Notes under the pieces: generated by a model
The model's database searches: none
The model's input: only the letters and a program-made list of their open reading frames with translations
What the model was told of the DNA's origin: nothing
In this document: in pieces, positions 58,588-64,000 of the stretch
How the letters are laid out: each line of letters opens with the position of its first letter
Position numbering within the stretch: the first letter of the stretch is position 1
Made by a program: the position numbers and the translations under genes
From: Candidatus Iainarchaeum sp.
GTDB taxonomy: Archaea > Nanobdellota > Nanobdellia > Pacearchaeales > GW2011-AR1
Assembly: GCA_043815085.1 (NCBI GenBank)
Contig: JBDRJG010000001.1
Location: 1,594-65,593 of the forward strand
Length of the DNA stretch: 64,000 nucleotides
Reading direction: 5' to 3'

Positions 58588-59572
58588 AATGATTAATCGC
58601 CTCCATTATTTCTTTAATTATATTCTCTTTTATATCTTCTCTTTTTTCTAGTTCATTAATTATTCTTTTATAACTTTCTGAAGAAAAATGATAATGTCCG
58701 GCAATCGTACAACATAAAAACTTATTTTCAGGCTTATTTTTATGCATCCATTTTCCCCATTTCTTTTCATTATAAACTTCTTCTAAAAAATCTTCAAAAT
58801 TAATGCCATACATTAAACATTTACTTAAGACAATGCTTGTTTGGATAACTCCTAATTGGGGGGCAATATTCATTGCGTCAACAATCCCTTTTCTAGACTC
58901 AATTTCTTCTTTAGATAGATAATCTGCATTATGTTCTTTTAATTTTATTCCTTTTTCTTTCATAATTTTGGATACTCTTTCTACAAATTGCTTATTAAAA
59001 TTTCCAATCTGGTTGATTTCTTTAATAAGGCTCCCAGTTTGAATAACATAGAATTCTGGTTTACAAAATTGCAGGAAAAAATCTATTTCTTTCTCTATCT
59101 CTTCTAAATTAATTATCCCAAAATTGGTTCCAATATTTTCGTCAGTTCCCATTTCAAGTGAGATTGAGTGATTCAACCTTAAACAATATTCTACTGCTTT
59201 TTTAGATTCTTGCAACATTTCGTCGTTATTTCCCTTAAAATGACAGAAATCTATATGAATTAAATCAAAACCTAACTCTATATCTGATTTTATGGTTTTA
59301 TAGGTATCTTCTAAATCATAATTTCCATTAAATCCTGGTCCACAGTGATCACGACATATTCTTACATTGCTATTTGGATATTTTTGCCTCATAACCTTTA
59401 TAAAATTCATAAATTCTTTAGTCGTCCAATTGTTCACATATCCGCCAGAGTAATCTATTTGATTTTTAGACGCTATAATCATTAATTCTTTTCTATGATA
59501 ATTAGATACTCTAAAAATTGCTTCGATTATTTCTGTACTCATTGGACCTATCCCTAAATTAGAATTAATCAT
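58580..59572 (-). CDS. Metal-dependent TIM-barrel, GatZ/KbaZ (tagatose-phosphate aldolase/epimerase)-like
   Basis: ASKNQID..GGY, RDHCGP, IHID, EHNADY, NIAPQL. Confidence 0.72.
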   Translation of the reverse strand: MINSNLGIGPMSTEIIEAIFRVSNYHRKELMIIASKNQIDYSGGYVNNWTTKEFMNFIKVMRQKYPNSNVRICRDHCGPGFNGNYDLEDTYKTIKSDIELGFDLIHIDFCHFKGNNDEMLQESKKAVEYCLRLNHSISLEMGTDENIGTNFGIINLEEIEKEIDFFLQFCKPEFYVIQTGSLIKEINQIGNFNKQFVERVSKIMKEKGIKLKEHNADYLSKEEIESRKGIVDAMNIAPQLGVIQTSIVLSKCLMYGINFEDFLEEVYNEKKWGKWMHKNKPENKFLCCTIAGHYHFSSESYKRIINELEKREDIKENIIKEIMEAINHYG

Positions 59573-61167
59573 GTTATTGTTCCAATTTCTTTTAATGCAT
59601 AATAAAGTTTGCTCTTTCCCAAAAAATATAGCATTAAATCAAAAGGATCATTGTGCAAAGGGGACATATTTAAAAAAATTAATGCCATTAATAATTTTAT
59701 TTTTTTAAAATCATATCCATTCTTTGTTATAAAAGATTCAAATTCTTCTTTTGCCTCTAAGAGATTGTTTTTTATAGAAAAGTCATAATAAACACTGGAA
59801 CCGCTAATATCAAAAGAGAAGTCTCCTTTTTTTATTAACTGATAAGAAAGATTTATTCCCCCATATAGTTTTGCCAAATCATAATATACATCCCCATATT
59901 TAGTTAAACCGCCAAAATCTTGTCTCCAATCCAAAAGAACAAATTTTTGCAAATTACTTTTTAAGTCTACTGTTACAAGAACATTATCAAATTGTAAATC
60001 CCCGTGAAAATTACTTGGTGTTCCTTCAATTAGATATTTCCAATCAATTTTTTCTAAAAGATCTTTTAAAGGAGGAATTTGAACCCCATTAATATTATTC
60101 CATCCGTCTTCTATCCCTGTTTTTTTATAAAATTGGTCTAATCTTTCAATAGTCTTATCATAATAGAATCTTTTGCATGCTTCTTGAAATTGCTTTTTGT
60201 TTTCTTCATCAAGATCCTGAATTTTCCAAAGATAACTCTTGGTCCAATGAAGAAAATCTTTGACTAATTGTCTATTTATTACATCATACAAAACTTGCCC
60301 ATCTATTTTTTTATAACAATAAAAATTTTCACTCTGTGATTCTATTTCTGGACATAGAGTAGAAAGATATCTTGCTCTCTCAATTCTTTTTTTTACTATA
60401 TTGGAGTCTCCAAAAAACTTGATAACCCTCCCATTTACAAAATAAATAAATTCATTTCCCTTACTAAAATCAAAATTACTTGTTGCGCCAGAAAAACTTT
60501 CATTGGTTTCTTTATAATTTTTAAAATTTCCAGTATCAAACCAAGTTACACCTATAGGAACAAGCTTCTTTTCAATTAATCTACTAAATCCATTAGAAAC
60601 TTGAACTTCCCCACTCTTTAATTCCTTGTTTTTTTCAAGACCATCAAAATATTCATTATAATCTTTAATCCCTGCAACTCCTATAAAAGCAAATTTATTA
60701 TCACATTTTATTTTATCATCCAATTGATATACTAAATTATTTTTTATTTTGACAGTGCAATATGGCTCAGTTTCCTTTACTGGAGCAATTCCAAACCAAT
60801 TTTCAGTTGGTTCTGGAATTTTTTCTAAAATAATTGTGTCTGCTACAAAAAATATAAATGGGCATTGTAATTGATCTTTACATTTTAATATAGAATGCCC
60901 TGGACCGGTTCCAGGCCCCATATACTTATCTACTTCAACATAAGTTATTTTTCTTTCAGGGTGGGCTAAACTAAGATAACCAATTATTGTTTCTTTCTTG
61001 TGTCCAACAGCAACAACTATCTCCACTTCCTCTGGAAATTTTTCTATTATGTAGGAAATCACTGCCTTATTATTTATGGGCAAGACTGCTTTGTTCACGT
61101 TTTCTGTTAGTGCTCCCATCCTATTTCCCACACCCGCAGCAAGAATGCAAACTTTGTAATTATTCAT
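59569..61167 (-). CDS. Fusion of nucleotidyltransferase and APH/choline-kinase-like phosphotransferase
   Basis: ILAAGVGNR...WFDTG followed by HGDLQFDN, LDWR, YDLAKL. Confidence 0.88.
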   Translation of the reverse strand: MNNYKVCILAAGVGNRMGALTENVNKAVLPINNKAVISYIIEKFPEEVEIVVAVGHKKETIIGYLSLAHPERKITYVEVDKYMGPGTGPGHSILKCKDQLQCPFIFFVADTIILEKIPEPTENWFGIAPVKETEPYCTVKIKNNLVYQLDDKIKCDNKFAFIGVAGIKDYNEYFDGLEKNKELKSGEVQVSNGFSRLIEKKLVPIGVTWFDTGNFKNYKETNESFSGATSNFDFSKGNEFIYFVNGRVIKFFGDSNIVKKRIERARYLSTLCPEIESQSENFYCYKKIDGQVLYDVINRQLVKDFLHWTKSYLWKIQDLDEENKKQFQEACKRFYYDKTIERLDQFYKKTGIEDGWNNINGVQIPPLKDLLEKIDWKYLIEGTPSNFHGDLQFDNVLVTVDLKSNLQKFVLLDWRQDFGGLTKYGDVYYDLAKLYGGINLSYQLIKKGDFSFDISGSSVYYDFSIKNNLLEAKEEFESFITKNGYDFKKIKLLMALIFLNMSPLHNDPFDLMLYFLGKSKLYYALKEIGTIT

Positions 61168-61411
61168 TTTGTTCAGAAAAAAATTTAATATTAAATAAGG
61201 GATGCATAATTATAACCAATATATTCTCTCTTCCTGTTCTTCTCATTTTTACTCGATTATCCTGTGAGCGACCTTAACTTATTTTTATATGTTCTTGTCC
61301 GCTTTTTAATAATCACTGATAGATAAATTAAGTTATTTATAAAGTTTGTGGAATATTTTTATATAAATTCTTTATACAAAAATTCTTAAAGACTGATTTT
61401 TAATAATAGAT

Positions 61412-62833
61412 ATGAAAGTATTGTTTGTTTATCATAATAGGGTAGAAGATGGTTATATGCCCCAAGTAATCGCCATTTTAGGAGGAGCACTCAAACAAGA
61501 AGGAATAGAAACTAAATTCTTTGATACAACTTTTTACAGAGATAAAAACGATATTTTTATAAATAACGATAGAAAAGTTAGAGAATCTCAAAAAAAAGGA
61601 GGGTACCAACCTGTCCAAGGATTCGGCTTTGAAAGAGAGGTAGTCGACCTCAAAGAAAAATTTTTAGAAGTAGTAGAAGAATACAAACCAGATTTAATTG
61701 CTGCAACTTCTACATCTTTTGAGTTTAATTCTCTTTTGGATTTTATCCTTCCGGCTAAAAAGAAATTTAATGTTCCTGTTATTGTGGGGGGATCACATGC
61801 CACAGTGGTTCCTGAAAAAGCAATCCAGAAAGAGGGGGTTGATTTTATATGTGTCGGACAAGGAGAGAAACCCTTACTTGAACTTGTCCGAAGAATGGAA
61901 AATAGAGGAGATATCACAACTATCCCTAGTCTGTGGATTAAATCTCCTAACGGAGAAATAATAAGAAATAAAATTGGGCTGCAAATTGAAAATATGGATG
62001 ATACTCCCGAAGCAGATTGGGATTTAATAGATGAAAGACACAGGATACGGCCATTTGAGGGTGAAGTAAAAAGATATGGTTGGTTTGAGATAAGCAGAGG
62101 ATGCCCTTATAGCTGTAGTTATTGTATTAATTCAAAATTGCACAAAATAGAGCTAGAGGGGGGAGTAAAACCTGGAGCTTATAGATTTTTTTCCCCAAAA
62201 GAGATAATAAGAAGAATGAAAAAATATAAAGAAAAATATGGTTTTAATCATGTGCAGTGTATAGATGAAAATATGGCTGCAATGCCTTTAGAGAAATTAA
62301 AGGAACTTGCTAAACTATACAAAGAAAATATAGGGTGTAGTTTTTTCACACAAAGCAGACCCGAATGTTTTGTTACGAGTCCCGAAAAAGCAAAAATAAT
62401 GGCTGAAATGGGTTGTAAGATGGTTGGTCTTGGTGTTGAAAGTGGAAATGAGGAATTGCGTAGGACCATACTAAATAGGCCAATGAAAGATGGAATTGTT
62501 GAGGAGGCTGTAAGAATATTAAAAAACTCTGGAATTATGGTTGCGACATATTATATTATAGGATTTCCAACTGAAACAGAAGAGATGATTAAACAGACTA
62601 TTGATTTACATAGAAGAATACAACCAGATAGATTTTCTGTTAGATTTTTACATCCTTTCCCAGGAACATCTATAAGAAATATTTGTGTTAAAGAAGGATA
62701 TATTTCAGATAATTATGAGGATATTAATTCGGATGCTTCTTTTTTCAGAGACCCAGTTTTAAATCTTCCTTCTCCTCCACACCCTACAAAAGAAAGACTA
62801 AAAGAGCTGAGAGAAGAATTTGAGAGATATTAA
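61412..62833 (+). CDS. Cobalamin-binding-domain radical SAM protein
   Basis: GGSHAT, GQGE, RGCPYSCSYC, GVESG, PFPGT. Confidence 0.93.
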   Translation: MKVLFVYHNRVEDGYMPQVIAILGGALKQEGIETKFFDTTFYRDKNDIFINNDRKVRESQKKGGYQPVQGFGFEREVVDLKEKFLEVVEEYKPDLIAATSTSFEFNSLLDFILPAKKKFNVPVIVGGSHATVVPEKAIQKEGVDFICVGQGEKPLLELVRRMENRGDITTIPSLWIKSPNGEIIRNKIGLQIENMDDTPEADWDLIDERHRIRPFEGEVKRYGWFEISRGCPYSCSYCINSKLHKIELEGGVKPGAYRFFSPKEIIRRMKKYKEKYGFNHVQCIDENMAAMPLEKLKELAKLYKENIGCSFFTQSRPECFVTSPEKAKIMAEMGCKMVGLGVESGNEELRRTILNRPMKDGIVEEAVRILKNSGIMVATYYIIGFPTETEEMIKQTIDLHRRIQPDRFSVRFLHPFPGTSIRNICVKEGYISDNYEDINSDASFFRDPVLNLPSPPHPTKERLKELREEFERY

Positions 62834-63315
62834 TTATTAATCTCTTTCTTTCCTCCAAAAAAAATCTTGTTAATTTTTATACAAGCATCACAAACAGCCC
62901 CCTCCCCAGAATTGGAAGGAGTTATATATTTGGCCCAATTTTTTGCTTCAATTCTTGCATTGGCTGGAGCAATACCAAATAAGCAATCTCTAATTATTAG
63001 GGCATCAAATATGCCATCACCAATAAAAATAGTATTTTTAAACCCAAACCTCTCTTTTATCCACATAAACCTATCTCCTTCTGGCACAAGCTCTATTTTA
63101 TAACCCATTTCTTCAATCCTTTTCTTAGAAATTGCAAAGCCCCTCTTATCTGCACTAATAAAAAAGATATTTAATTTATCTCTAATCAATTTAAGACCAT
63201 CAGAATCATGGGGTCCAAAAATCTTGTATGCCTTTCCTTTTTCAGAATATAAAAATTGTCCTGTGGTCATTACTCCATCTACATCTAAAACAAAATTCAA
63301 TTTCTTATTTTCCAT
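62830..63315 (-). CDS. KdsC/YrbI-like HAD phosphatase
   Basis: DVDGVMT, IGDGIFD, GEGAV. Confidence 0.9.
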   Translation of the reverse strand: MENKKLNFVLDVDGVMTTGQFLYSEKGKAYKIFGPHDSDGLKLIRDKLNIFFISADKRGFAISKKRIEEMGYKIELVPEGDRFMWIKERFGFKNTIFIGDGIFDALIIRDCLFGIAPANARIEAKNWAKYITPSNSGEGAVCDACIKINKIFFGGKKEINN

Positions 63316-64000
63316 TTTCCCTTAAAAAATCTTCCAATAGAGAATTTGGAATTTCTTTGCTGGTGTATATTTCAAATTGTTTTGCTGCTTGGTGAGTTGT
63401 CATAAAAAACCCCGGAATAACGGTTTTACTTAGTTTCTTGGCAGTTTTTATTAAATTTGTATCTCCAATAACCACATCCATAACAACTTCATAGTTAGAA
63501 ATAGATTCTTTTTCTATGGGGGTATCTTCCTTATTACAAAAACCTATACTTGTGGCATTAATTAGAAGAAATTTATTTGGGGATTTATTTCGCTCATCCC
63601 AATTTAAAACATTTGCATTTAGTCTCTTTGCTAAATCTCTTGCTTTTTCAAAATTCCTGTTCGCGATTGTTAATTTCCCACCTAAATCTCTTATAGCGTA
63701 TCCAATTGCTGTAGCAACACTTCCTGCACCCATCATTAAAACCTCTTTATTATTAATATCTGTTTTCTCCTGAATCGCCTTTTTTGCTCCGTAATAGTCT
63801 GTATTGTACCCCACTAATAATCCATCCTTATTCAGTATGGTATTTACTACCCCTATTTCGCGAGCAGAATCGTCAAGCTCATCCAAAAAATTTATAACTT
63901 CTTTTTTATGGGGCATTGAAACACTGCATCCATGAAAATTCTCCTTTAATAGAGAGGTCATAGATTTTAATTGTGAAGAATCAACTTTTAATGGAAAATA
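63305..64000 (-). CDS. Shikimate dehydrogenase-family oxidoreductase (5' end beyond window)
   Basis: SVSMPHK, VNT, NTD, GAGS, NR, NATSIG, QAAKQF; frame stays open to the window edge. Confidence 0.9.
   Translation of the reverse strand, partial: YFPLKVDSSQLKSMTSLLKENFHGCSVSMPHKKEVINFLDELDDSAREIGVVNTILNKDGLLVGYNTDYYGAKKAIQEKTDINNKEVLMMGAGSVATAIGYAIRDLGGKLTIANRNFEKARDLAKRLNANVLNWDERNKSPNKFLLINATSIGFCNKEDTPIEKESISNYEVVMDVVIGDTNLIKTAKKLSKTVIPGFFMTTHQAAKQFEIYTSKEIPNSLLEDFLRENGK

Noticed and set aside
61168..61411. Upstream extension of the NTase-kinase gene or an ncRNA in the spacer
   Set aside because: In-frame stop shortly upstream of the ATG; no convincing structure seen
1460..63773. Many antisense or overlapping ORFs in the track (e.g. 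1549-2175, 3758-4180, 13824-14249, 21794-22474)
   Set aside because: They are shadows of well-supported genes on the other strand or frame, with no motifs of their own

Overview
AT-rich archaeal chromosome segment, most consistent with a reduced-genome DPANN lineage such as Pacearchaeota or Woesearchaeota (inferred from gene content: archaeal r-proteins, aIF5A, Tyw1, AMP phosphorylase plus R15P isomerase, AglB, near-leaderless genes). Layout: (1) 1-17 kb holds ftsZ-secE-spt5-rpl11, housekeeping genes and a small islet beside tRNA-Ser (PreA/PyrD-like gene plus purM, each followed by the same ~98-bp element). (2) 17.2-32.5 kb is the S10-spc ribosomal superoperon through secY/DUF106, then prefoldin, and is interrupted by four orphan ORFs plus one mini-ORF, almost all tightly coupled to their neighbours. 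(3) 34-64 kb is a large N-glycosylation/surface-glycan locus: AglH-like, AglB, GTs, Glf, GT10, a flippase, four SAM methyltransferases, four cobalamin-type radical SAM enzymes and an unusual sugar-phosphate/nucleotide-sugar gene set. The most striking pattern is that several single accessory genes are each bracketed by direct repeats of the local intergenic/start-codon DNA (18, ~67, ~98 and ~160 bp), with no recognisable integrase or transposase in the window. All calls come from reading motifs by eye; no database search was run.
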